Source of the DNA: Camelus ferus | Lineage: Eukaryota | Direction: 5' to 3' | Length of the DNA: 64,000 nt | Assembly (NCBI RefSeq): GCF_009834535.1 | Contig: NC_045706.1 | Span: 372,001-436,000, forward strand | Part shown: in pieces, positions 12,601-24,027 of the stretch | How the letters are laid out: every line of letters begins with the position of its first letter | Numbering within the stretch: the first letter of the stretch is position 1 | Position numbers and translations under genes: made by a program | Notes under the pieces: generated by a model | Database searches by the model: none | The model's input: the letters and a program-made list of their open reading frames with translations, nothing else | Told to the model about the DNA's origin: nothing

Positions 12601-15600
12601 TCGTGGAGGACCTGCTGTACGTGCTGGTGGGCGTGGACGGCAGGTACATCACCGCCCAGCCCCTCACCGGGAGGCAGAGCCGCACCTTCCTTGTGGACCC
12701 CAACCTGGACCTGTCCATCAGGGAGCTGGTGAACAGGATCCTCCCAGTGGCCGCCAGTTACTCCACCGTGACAAGGTTGGTGCCAGGCTCGCCCGAGGTG
12801 CCCGTCAAGGTCACTCAGCCCTCTTCTGAGGAGAGTCTCTACCTCGCTGAGCCACACGAGGGAGACAGGTGTCCACAGTGCCCTGAGGATGTCAAGGGGG
12901 GCTTTGGTCGTCCACCTTCCCACCTGAGACGAGCTCACACCCTCTCAGGGGTGCTCACTATTTCCTTTCCCCACAGATTCATTGAAGAGAAGTCTTCCTT
13001 CGAGTATGGGCAGGTGAACCACGCCTTGGCGGCTGCCATGAGAACACTAGTGAAGGAGTACCTGATCCTGGTCACGCAGCTGGAGCAGCTGCAGAGGCAG
13101 GGCCTCCTTTCCCTGCAGAAGCTCTGGTTCTACGTCCAGCCAGCCATGCGCACCGTGGACATCCTGGCCTCCCTGGGTGAGAGGAGAGCCGGGGCCCTGG
13201 GGCAGTGGGGGCAGCATGGCCAGGGTGCCCATCCTCCGCCCATTGCTCTTGGGAGGCAGAGGCAGTGCGGCTTCGTGTTTGTCCCCAGAAGAAAGCCTGT
13301 CTGTGTGAGGAGGTGGGAGGTGAGCTGAGGGGCTCCTGTCTGCCATGGTGACTGTTGGGCCCTCGGCACTGAGCGCCGCCTCCTCTGAGCAGCCACCTCG
13401 GTGGATAAAGGCGAGTGTGTCGGGGGGTCGACCCTGAGCCTCCTGCATGACCGGAGCTTCAGCTACACAGGCGACAGCCAGGCGCAGGAGCTGTGTCTGT
13501 ACCTCACCAAGGCCGCCAGCGTGCCCTACTTCGAAATCCTGGAGAAGTGGATCTACCGAGGTGTCATCAATGACCCGTACAGGTGGGGCTGGGGGCACCT
13601 GGGCGTGGCCCCTCGTCACCCTGACACGTGTCAGTGCACGAAGAATTCCACGTTGATGTGTGTTTGTCAGAGTATTTAAAAGATGAATTCGTTGACCAGA
13701 AATAGTTTATTAATGGTCGAGCTAGCAAACTCTAGTGTGAGGACCTAGCAAGGAATCCTTTGCACGGTCGTGACGCGGATGGATGGCGTCTGACCCCTGA
13801 CGTGAAGGCTCACGTACCCGACTGGAGTGTCTCGTTGCCTCCATTCGAGACGGAGGGAAACGCGAGGCCCCATGGGAGGGGGTGAGGGTGAGGGGGGCAG
13901 CCCCCCAGCCCTGCAGACCCCAAGTCCTCTCACCTGGACTGGTGGGTGTCTGGCCACAGTGAGGTTGGCAGGAGCACCTCCCCTCGCAGCAGAGAAATCC
14001 CCGCACCGAGGCCGGGCTGGACGGCCGCCTCTGCTGTGCTGCTTGGCCGCGTGCAGCCCCGCAGCCAGCAGGCCCCTGTGCTCTGCAGCGAGTTCATGGT
14101 GGAAGAGCACGAGCTGCAGAAGGAGAAGATCCAGGAGGACTACAACGACAAGTACTGGGACCAGCGGTACACCGTGGTGCAGCGCCAGATCCCCTCCTTC
14201 CTGCAGAAGATGGCGGGCAAGGTCCTCAGCACAGGTGAGCGGGGCGCTCGTGGGCGCGTGCTCCCTGCCCCTGGTTGTCTCACGGTTGCTGTGTCGCTTA
14301 ATTTCTAAAACTGTTACCACTTGAAGGAAAACTTTTCTGCCCCCAACTCCTCTGACCCCAGACATGCGGGTTTTCCACACCAGCAGCCAGCTCTCCAGTT
14401 CCCTGTGGACGCCCAGTTCTGACACTTAACTCCCCAGGTCAGCGCAGGCCCCACAGGTTGAGGGCTCGGTCCCCCGGACTGCCCCCACTGCAGACGCCGG
14501 TCACAAGTATCGGGTCCCAGGCCGCCGGCACTTCTGTCCAGCGTGGGCCCAAGTGGGGTTCCCGGGACCCCTCCGCAGGCCCGGTGTTTGCTGTGACGAC
14601 CCCCAGAACTCAGGGAGGCGCTGTGCTCACCAGACGCCTGCTTTGCCACGACTGGCACTGTAAGGGGCACAGGTGAAGAGCCCACGGAGAGGCCCCCCCG
14701 GTGACACCCGGGGGCCCGAGCCCGGGCGCTTCTGTCCCCGCGGAGCCAGGGCCCAGCCCCACCCAGGGCACAGCGGCACCACTGCCCCCGTCATGGGCTG
14801 GTGCAGTCAGTGCTGTGACCTCCCATGACTCGTTAGAGCTGGGTCTTTCGCATCAAGAGCCCAGCAGTCACTTCAGAAAGCCTCACCAGAGCCAGACTAA
14901 ACCCTCCCAACCCTGTCCCAGCCCAGCCCTCAGAGGCGAGCGAGCATCCCTGGTTGGACTGGGAGGCCACAGCATTGACTGTGTCAGCCCATGACGGGGG
15001 CAGCTGTGCCGCTGTCCCCTGGCGGTGGGGTGGGGGCAGTTCCAGGACCATTCTTGCCCAGTCGGTCCTGGGCCTGTCCCCGGGCCTGCGTTTGGGCTGC
15101 ACTGTCTCAGGTCCAGGCCTGCAACTAGCCGTGAGCGTCAAGAATGTAAACTTGCTTTCCTTTTTCCCTTTCCAGGAAAATACCTAAATGTGGTCAGAGA
15201 GTGTGGTCATGACGTCACCTGCCCGGTGGCCAAGGAGGTCATCTACACACTGAAGGAGCGGGCGTATGTGGAGCAGATCGAGAAGGCCTTCAACTACGCC
15301 AGCAAGGTGCTGCTGGACTTCCTGATGGAGGAGAAGGAGCTCGTAGCTCACCTGAGGTGTGTGTCCCCCTGGGTGCCTGCCCGCGGTCGGGTGCCGACAC
15401 AACAGCTCACTTGTCACTTTAAACAAGGCCGCATGCCAGGCTGAATCCAGCCCGAAGAGGCCTGTGGGCCTCACACCTGCCATCCCAGAGATGTCCTACC
15501 AGAGGCCGGCGAGGGCAGGGTCTGCCCGTGTCACCCTGTCCATGGTGGCACAGCTTCCTGTCTGGAGCCACCAGCCCCCTCCTAGGGCCCCTGCCCTCCT

Positions 15601-18600
15601 GGAGCCCCATCTGCAGCACCCGCACTTTCTGGCAGCACCTCCTCCTGCACAGCCCGGTGCAGTGGTCCTGTGCCTCCACCTAAGAGAGCACTTCACCTCG
15701 GCCCCTGTAAACGTCTCAGCTTGGGCACCGGCGGGTGTGGGCACCGGCACTCCTCCCAGGCCCACCTGGCCCCACCTCGTCACCCCGCATCCCAGTTGCC
15801 GGGAGCCTCTGCGAGTCCAGGCTGTTCTCACATTCAGGGCCCTGCTGGTGCGGCCTTTCACCTTCACCCACTCGCAGGTCCATCAAGCGCTACTTCCTGA
15901 TGGACCAAGGCGACTTCTTCGTGCACTTCATGGACCTGACGGAGGAGGAGTTGAAGAAGCCGGTGGATGACATCACGCCCACCCGCCTGGAGGCGCTGCT
16001 GGAGCTGGCCCTGCGCATGAGCACTGCCAACACCGACCCCTTCAAAGATGACCTCAAGGTGGGCTGCCCACCGCGCTCCAGAAGCACAGTGGGGGCCAGG
16101 CCTCGTGGGGTGTGAGCCTTTCATGTGCTGCGGGACCCGTGTCCGAGGTCTGTGTCTCGCAGGCATGTTGGCCTTAGTCCTTTGTGGGGTCTCTGGCCTC
16201 ATAGGCTGAGCTGAAATGTTCCCTCCTCTTTGGTTTTTTGATGTTTCAGGAGGGTCGGTGTTAATTCTTCCTGCAGTGTTCGGTAGAACTTGCCAGCGAG
16301 GCTTTTCTTGTCGAGAGGGTCTGTGGTTTCCTCTGTCTCCTCCCTGCTCCAGGTCTGCTCCCATTTCTGCTTCTGCTTGAGTCAGTTTTGGTGACTTAAG
16401 TGACTGCAGGAATTTGTGTAGGAATGAGTTCTCGTGAGCTCATCTGTTTCTGTAAGGTTGGCGCTGCCATTTCTGATTTTAGTCATTTGAGTCTTCTTTC
16501 TTGTGCAGACAAATACACCTAAAAACTTGTCAGCTTCGTTGGTTTTGCAGAGACCCAGCCTGATGGCTTCCTCGGTTTTCCGTGTTGTTTCTCTCGTCTC
16601 TGGTTTCTTCCTGCTCTGATTGTTGTTTTTTTCCTTCTGCTTTGGGTCATTTGCTCATTTTTCGGTTTCCTGGATGGTTAAGCTGGGTTGTCGGCTTGAT
16701 GTGGTTTTTTCTGCTGCTGTGAATTTCCCTCTGAGCTTTGATTTACTGCGCCGGGCAGTTTTGGTTACAGCGTTCCCATTTCCGTCTGGCTCAAGGTGTC
16801 CTCCAGTTTCCATTGTGATTTCTTCCTTGACCCATTTGTTTTTAAGGGCATCCACCTTTCACGATTCGTGAATATTCTGTTTTCCCCCGTTACTGATTTC
16901 TGATTTCACCCCACTGTAGTCAGAGGGCACTTCGTGTTTCAGCTTTGTAAACATCACCAAGGCCTTGCTGTGTGGCCCCCTGTGGCCCGTCCTGGAGAGG
17001 GCTCTGTGCACGTGGGGCAGGTCTCGTGGTGCTGGCTCGCCATGTTCGGGTTCTCTCTTCCCTCTTCTGTTGGCTGGCTGTGGTGTGGACAGTGGGGTGT
17101 CAGGCTCAGCTCTCTCAGTTCTGCCAGTCCTTGCTTCCTATGGTGAGGCAAAAGAGTGTTTTCATAGGATAAAGTCCTGGAGGCCAGGTTCTTGGATGGA
17201 TGCGCCTGGCCAGCGCATGGCTGGACTGACGGCACTGGCGCTGGGTCCCGGGCACTCAGGGCTGCCACTGGGTGGGGGCCTGGCGGGAGGGGCACAGCTG
17301 TTTGGTGTCCGTTTCTGTGGCATGTGATGGGAGGGTGTCACCTGCTGATTCTGTTTCCTCTCCCGTCAACTGCCATCCTCCATCCTCTCGCTCTTCATCA
17401 GTTTGTGGGAATCGTCCCGCTGTCTGGTGTGTCAGTGGCCCTCGTGAGTATTTGAATAGAGTGACGTGTGGACAGCGCGCCCTGCCGAGAACAACTGCGC
17501 CGCCCTCACCATGGCCTGGGCCTGTGTGCTGGCGGTGGAAGGTTTCCAGCCATCCCTCGCACCGCACTTTACCGTCAGGGGTGTTTTCAGAGTGATTCCT
17601 CTGTGCTCTGCTTTTTCCACTTTGACGGAAAGTGGTTTAATTTCTTCATTAGGGTTTATCAGTAGATGTTTGGTGTTTTAAACCAGCCTCCAAGATTGAG
17701 AGTCTGCTTTTCTAGTTTGTGATGCAGGGTTGGGTAGGGGTCAGGACCTGATGCTTTTCCATTTCTCTGTCCCCAAGATTGACCTGATGCCTCATGACCT
17801 CATCACCCAACTTCTGCGGGTTCTGGCCATCGAGACCAAGCAGGAGAAGGCCATGGTCCATGCCGACCCCACTGAGCTCTCACTGACTGGCCTGGAGGCC
17901 TTCTCCTTCGACTACGTGGTGAAGTGGCCCCTGTCTCTGATCATCAACAGGTGGGTGGCAGGGTCTCCACGTCTGATTGTGCCCCTCGGGGTTACTGGCC
18001 ACCTAGGGCACGCTCCATACTGTGAGCCTCTCAAACGATGTCTGGCGCCATCGACGACCAGCGGCGTCAGTCAGATGCCGCCGCCTTTTCCCTCCTGGCA
18101 GGAAGGCCCTGACGCGCTATCAGATGCTCTTCAGACACATGTTCTACTGCAAGCACGTGGAGCGGCAGCTCTGCAACGTTTGGGTCAGCAACAAAGCCGC
18201 CAAGCAGTGCTCTCTGCACTCGGCCAAGTGGTGCGTCCTGTCTGCTCCCAGGGTTCCCACCGGGCAGAGCCGCGCCCTCCCCATAGCCTGAAGACAGAGA
18301 TCTGGGGATGCGCGTTCACAGCTTCTAATTTAGGACCTTTCCTGCTGCACAGGATGGCTGGGTGCTTGGCTAGTGGAGTGGCCGAGCCCGTGTGAGCCAC
18401 CGCCGCTCAGTGGTGGGAACTGTTGAGGGGGTGGACCCTGACAACGCATCGCACACTCAGTGGGGGTGGTCCCTGACAACGCATCGCATATTCGGCAGGG
18501 GGGCGGGGGGCAGACCCTCAGGCACAGGAGCTGCAGCCGTGCGTCTGTGACCTGCACCCTCGCGCAGGTTCGCTGGTGCCTTCACGCTGCGGCAGCGGAT

Positions 18601-21600
18601 GCTCAACTTCGTCCAGAACATCCAGTACTACATGATGTTCGAGGTGATGGAGCCGACCTGGCACGTCCTGGAGAAAAACCTGAAATCTGTGAGTGTGGCC
18701 TACTCGTAAAGGCACTTAGTAGTGTCTCCAGACAGGGAGCAGGTCAGGCGCCAGGGAGGGGCTGACCCCACAGCTCCCGAGACGCCACCAGAGCATCGTC
18801 AGGAGAGGTGGCCATGGGGGTTTCCCTCCAGGGTGACCAGGGTTTAGGGCCACCAGGAGTCTGGCTGCCGGAGGAGCACGTGTGTTCCCGTGGGGCCTCA
18901 CAGCTGGGCTGGCGCTCCTGTCCAGGGCTGCCAGCCACAGGGTTCACGCCCCAAGTTCTAGGAGTGGGAAGGGCACAGAGCACTTCTTTCTGTGTTTTCT
19001 CTCTTAAAAAGCTTGGCGCTTTGGGGGGCACATTTGGCGTGTGCTTTTAGCGGTATTTTGAAGTCTTCCCGCAAAGACCCTGGGAAGATTCGTGCACGGG
19101 GCTGTGCCTGGCACAGTCATTCTGAGAAAAGGCCGGTGTCCACTGCCCAGGCCTCCAACATCGACGATGTGCTGGGGCACCACGCGGGCTTCCTGGACAG
19201 CTGTCTGAAGGACTGTATGCTGACCACCCCCGCGCTGCTCAGGGCCTTCTCCAAGCTCATGTCCGTGTGCGTCATGTTCACCAACTGCATGCAGGTGCGC
19301 CCACTGGGCTCGGGGCTTGGGACCTGGGGGCTCCAGCTGGGTGGGCGGTGGCGGGCCATGAGCATGTGACCTGAGTCCTGCAGAGCCTGTCCCGGACGCA
19401 CAGGGACAGCGTTTCCCTTGGAGCTGAGTGGTCATAGTTGGCGCACATTTCTTCCTGACCCCCAAGAGATTCACGCAGAGCATGAAGGTGGACAGTGAGC
19501 TGGGCGGCCTGGCGCTGGAGCGCAGCGCGGTGCCGGGGCCGCCCGTGGAGGAGGCTGAGCACCCAGAGGAGCGCGCCCGCAGGGAGCTTGCCCGCAAGGT
19601 GAGTGGCCTTTCAGTTTGTTTCGGAGACCCTCCTGTTCCTGCTGAGATCTGACACCATTAGGATCGCAGCACTCAGACCTGACCCACTGCCATCCTTCCT
19701 GGCTTCCCGCTGAGTAAAATAAAGACCATCTTAAATTAGGTTCCAAACACAAACCAGAGTATCTCCCCACCGCTTCATGTAAACCTCAGTCCTCTATGCC
19801 CGGAGCGAGGCCACGTTACCAGAGTGGTGCTGTGGGGCTGAGCCAGGGGGCCACCTGCGGAGGCTCGGGGCTGCGGGCCCTGCGGTCACGGTGGCTGGAG
19901 TCTTTCCGTAACCAGGAGGGTCAGGTGGTCAGCAGGGAGTGGGGAGGTCAGCCCAGGCAGGCACTCTGGGTTCCCTGCTCTGTGCTCTGTGCTGAGCGGC
20001 GGCCAGGAGACAACACCATCGGCTTGAGAATCTGAGCTACAGGGAGAAACTTGCCGTCCACAGACGTCCGCGGGCCTGCTGCCCAGACTGTGTCTCTGCA
20101 TCCTGCCGTCTTGAGTTTTCACGGTGCCCTGACCCTCTATCTCTTGTCACCTGAAAACTTCCCGAGATATGTTCTCCTATTTGAAAGAAAAAGAGAAGAG
20201 AAGGGAGGATGAGCAGCAGGAGGGCTTCTGTGTCTTGCAGTGCCTGGCTGAGCACGTTGACACGCCGCAGCTGGCCTCCAGCTTCGAGGCCACCATCAGT
20301 AAGTTTGACCAGAATTTCTCGGCCCATCTGCTGGACCTCCTGGCCCAGCTGAGCCTCTACAGCACCAGCGACTGCGAGCACGGCATGGCCAGCGTCATCT
20401 CCAGGTGGGTGTCGTTGCCTCCAGCCCCGCGGAAAGGGTGCCCTTTCTACCACACACAGTGACCGCAGGGCCCACACCTGCGTCTGCTCCCTGCCCCGCC
20501 ACGTCCTCTCACCATCACGGAGGTGTGACTGAGGCCGTGTCTACTCTGCCAAGGATGCTGTCCTTGGCTTTGTCATGCTGCTGCTGGTCACTTGTCATTC
20601 GCCTGAGAGACGGTCTGTGTGTGTTCACAGGTGTGTCCTGTGTGTGTTGACCAGTACAAGTCAGGCCACCCCGTCAGCACCCCTAGTTTGTGTGTCTCAC
20701 CACAGCCAGGACCCAGGATGCTGACCAGGCCCCTTGGGCCCCAGCCCTGGCCATCACCCTGGCTAGGTGAACAGTGGGAGGTGCTGTCCTCCTGATGTCA
20801 GCTGGTCAGAAGATTGCTGGGAGGGTCAGTAAGGGTCAGGGAAGTGCTCACTCAGCCTTCCATGTTGGGTGTGGGGGTCTGGCCACACCTCTCAGGCCAG
20901 CACCTCAAGGGCCATGATGCTGCAGTCCTGGGGTACACATCTGGGGAGCCCGGGGCAGCCCGTGTGCAGGAGTCAGAGGAATCTGGGAGGAACCCTGGGT
21001 AGGGCTGTGCAGAAGTGGTGAGGATGGGTGCATGGTGATCAGCGGGCTGGTCGGTGCGGCTTATGGTTTTGCGGCTGGCAGGTTTCTGTTGCACCAAGGA
21101 CCCTGGGTGCACAGCTCCTCAGAGCGGAGGTGATGGGCCTGCTCACTGGGTGGAGGTCGGGGGGCGATCGTTCCCTGGGAAGGCTCCTGTTGGGTGGCCT
21201 TAGGTAGAGCCAGACATTGGGACTGCCCTGTTCCACCCACACCCACAGGCGTCCTGATGTCCTGGGCACCAGGGTTCAGGGAGCCCCGATGTCCAGGGGC
21301 TGGAGATGTTTGTCTTGCCTTTAGTTTCCCTAAGTATGTAAGTTCAGTCTCCGTGTTGCAGGTGAAGGCTGTGTGGAGCCTGGGGCCGTGTTTGTGTGCT
21401 GGTGACTGAGTGCCCTCCTGTCCAGGGCGGAGCCAGCCCTTCACCGTGGTGGGGAAAGGAGGGTCACCTGCAGGGCCACTGAGGGAGGAATCTCCACCCC
21501 GACCTGGGGGCGTCTGCAGGGACACAGCCTGCTTTCCCCCACAGGCTCGACTTCAACGGCTTCTACACCGAGCGGCTGGAGCGCCTGTCCGCAGAGAGGA

Positions 21601-21680
21601 GCCAGAAGGCGGCCCCCGCAGCGCCCGTGCCACGGGGGCCCCCAGCTCCAACGCCCAGGATCGCAGTCACCGCACAATGA
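6676..21680 (+). CDS. TUBGCP2: Gamma-tubulin complex component 2 (GCP2), 17 coding exons, 906 aa
   Basis: Coding exons: 6676-6825, 7695-7823, 8498-8674, 8941-9100, 12568-12775, 12977-13176, 13393-13582, 14089-14234, 15176-15356, 15878-16058, 17778-17950, 18102-18230, 18568-18688, 19151-19294, 19467-19598, 20241-20404, 21545-21680. All GT-AG with consistent phases; total 2721 nt. Starts MSEFRIHHDVNELLSLL; GRIP-domain segments SIKRYFLMDQGDFFVHFMD and YVVKWPLSLIINRKALTRYQMLFRH; ends RIAVTAQ*. Confidence 0.98.
6960..7060 (-). mobile_element. MIR SINE fragment
   Basis: gttgtacagacgaggcagtgaggctcagg resembles the antisense MIR core (ttttacagatgaggaaactgaggctcag). Recognised from memory. Confidence 0.5.
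14315..14765. mobile_element. MER21-like LTR remnant in TUBGCP2 intron 9
   Basis: ttctgacact..ccacaggttgagggctcggtcccccggactgcccccactgcagacgcc, cagaactcaggga and gcttctgtccccgcggag follow the recalled MER21 consensus in order. Boundaries approximate. Confidence 0.65.
14765..15020. repeat. 60-bp inverted repeat (arms 14765-14824 and 14961-15020, 136-nt spacer)
   Basis: Arm 1 against the reverse complement of arm 2 gives 52/60 identity by manual alignment. Also visible in the ORF track as QGTAAPLPPSWAGAVSAV (+) and QGTAAQLPPSWADTVNAV (-). Confidence 0.93.
16200..17450 (-). mobile_element. Old L1 (L1M-type) ORF2 fragment, antisense, in TUBGCP2 intron 11
   Basis: Minus ORF 16655-16855 (DALKNKWVKEEITMET..LRGKFTA) echoes L1 ORF2p (NTLLNNQWVKEEIKRE..LRGKFIA); flanks are T-rich, as in antisense L1. 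Ends approximate. Confidence 0.8.
18427..18496 (+). repeat. 35-bp tandem duplication, 2 copies, TUBGCP2 intron 13
   Basis: gggggtggaccctgacaacgcatcgcacactcagt followed by gggggtggtccctgacaacgcatcgcatattcggc. Confidence 0.9.
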
Positions 21681-21899
21681 GGCCGGCCGCAGCATCGCAG
21701 CCCCAGTGGCATGAGCGAATGGGTTTGGAGGTTTTCCCCAGACGTTCCTGGGTCGCATGTGCCCCGGGTTCTGTTTAAACATACAGCGTGCAGTCCCCTG
21801 CGCTCAGCTCCCATCTCTGGGTTCACAATCCCAGACAGAGGTCTGCTCTCCTGCGTGCTCTCCGGAATTGAAGTCATCCTGAAGAGTGTGTTGGTCTCA

Positions 21900-21917
21900 A
21901 ATAAGATAAAGTAAAAA
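21900..21917 (+). terminator. Probable TUBGCP2 poly(A) signal region, non-canonical hexamers only
   Basis: AATAAGATAAAGTAAAAA contains GATAAA (21905-21910) and AGTAAA (21910-21915), followed by CA and a GT/T-rich stretch. No AATAAA here. Confidence 0.55.
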
Positions 21918-23799
21918 CACATGGCTTTTGGGCAACATCAGGACAGTCACCAAGATGCCATGTGGGGGAGGTGTGGGCCTGGTGTCCCCACCTGTTGGTG
22001 TGACCGGGGGATGGGCCCCCAGGGTCAGCCTGGCCCCTCCAGCCGGCTGGCTTGCTCCAGGCAGCAGAGGGCAGCATGGCCCACGCCCTGTAGCGGGAAC
22101 CGCCTGGGTGCATCTCCCAAGTGCCCGCAGAGCAGAGGAAGAGCTACCCTGCTGCGGCTGAGGCCCAGGCCCTCGTCCATTAGGCCCAGCCGTGTCCGGC
22201 CCCCTCGACAGGCAGTAGGGGGAATGGCCAGCCCCAGTGTGACCTGCCTTGAACATCTATGTGCTCTGCTCCCAGCCAAGCTGCCCCTTCCTGCTGAATT
22301 CCATGCATGTTATTTTCAAAATTCACTTCTGACCCCTGCTCTGTCCAGGTGGACCCTGGGCAGATGAGGTGGCATGACGGGGTTCTCCAAGGGAGGGGGG
22401 CACCCCTCCCTGAGTGGCTGGACTCCTGCCACAGACTGCTTCCTCTTTTAAGCTACAGTGTGGACAAGTATGACCTGTGCGTAAACAAGTTTACAACCCA
22501 AGTTGCCACAGTCCTGGCTTGTGCAACACGGGGGCTGACCAGAGCCAGCTGCTGGCCCTCCTGCCCAGCCCCGAGGCCCAGACCCTGGGGTCCCTGTCCT
22601 CAGACACCTCCAGTTGCAGGTGGTGGCGGCAGAGGGGCGCATCCTGGAGGCTGGGTGGGGGGTCCTTGTGATGAGGGAGGTCCTGGCTGCCATCGCTGAG
22701 TCCCTGTTAGTTAGCTGCGCGTTGTGGTCAGTACACAGTCCCAGTGGCTGGTGTTTTTGCCCAAATAGGGACATGCTGCCTTTGAACTTCTGCTATCAGA
22801 TGACGTGCAGTGTATGACCAAGGAAGAGAAGTAAACTTGTCGGGGATTTTGGGTGGCTCGTGTGCCTGGTTGTACGGCTATGTGAGCTGGGGGACAGGTG
22901 CTGCCCGTGCCCTGCTCGCTCTGGCCGCAAGGCCTGTCCCCTGCCCCAGACGCACCATGTGTGCGCGAGCTCCTCCCGCCTTGTTTCTTTCGCCATTCAC
23001 TTCATGGGAGATGACGGTCTGCTGAGCTGGGACCTCTGGTCTGGTACCAGCTGTGGGTGCCACTCCATTTCACCTGACACTTTGACATGCTCCACTGTCC
23101 ATCCCAGGGAACACGTCCAGGATAAGGTTTGGGTGCCACCGGCCGGCTTAGCCGCAGAAGGCCTGGGTCCCAGGTCCCTGGCCAGAGTAGGGCAGCCCCA
23201 TCCACCCAGGGCTGGCAGGAACGAGGGGAGGCACCAGCGGGCAGGCTGCATCCAGTTGCTGTGCCAGGAGCTGCAGGCCTTGACCCGTAGGGACCCAGAG
23301 CTGCCCACTGGGCCCGCGGCCTCCACGCTTGCCCTCTCCACAGGGCTCCCTGTGTGAGGCAGCTGCCCAGCGCCTGGCCTGGAGCCCCACCTGTGTGCTC
23401 CCCCTGCTCAGTCTCCCCAGTGAGGCCTCAGGAGCCTGCGGGCAGGACCCAGGGCCTGGAGGGGCACCCACCCCATAGGGCTGGCCACAGACAGCTGGAG
23501 CTTTCTGTTCCCCGTAAGTCAAGGTGCACCTCCCAAACCTTGCTCCCTGACAGAGGCTCCTCCCCCACAGACAATCTTCCTGTCACTTATGCTCCTCCCC
23601 TCCCCCAGCAGGGCCAGCACCCCAGCCCGTTTCCTCACCTGCATGGGGATGCAGAGTTACAGGAGTGCCCCGGGTTAGTCTGTCCACTTCCCCCTGCGTT
23701 CATTCAGAGCAGATGTATGAAGCTTCCGTGTGCTGGACACTGAATACCTGACACTGTCCAGGAGCCCCCAGAGGACCTGTGGAGGGGTGTGGGCCCCGC

Positions 23800-24027
23800 C
23801 TGCTCATGGCCAGGCCCCGCCCCTCCCGGCTTCTGAGGGGCTGATTGGCTGCGGGCCAGGGTCTAGTTCCTGGGCGGGGCGCGCGGGAATAAATCTAGCT
23901 GAGCACAGGACCAAACTCAGTCTGAACACGGAGCTGTGTCTCCCCACGCACGGTGTCCCCGGAGCCCCGAACTTCCAACCCGGACCCCTGGGCACCCGCT
24001 CGCACTACCCCCACCACCACCCCCATC
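23800..24027 (+). promoter_or_regulatory. ADAM8 proximal promoter
   Basis: Inverted CCAAT (ATTGG 23844-23848), GC box GGGCGGGGC 23872-23880 and TATA-like AATAAAT 23888-23894, upstream of ATG 24028. Confidence 0.7.

Noticed and set aside
16655-16855. Small ORF as a nested gene
   Set aside because: Decayed L1 ORF2 sequence.
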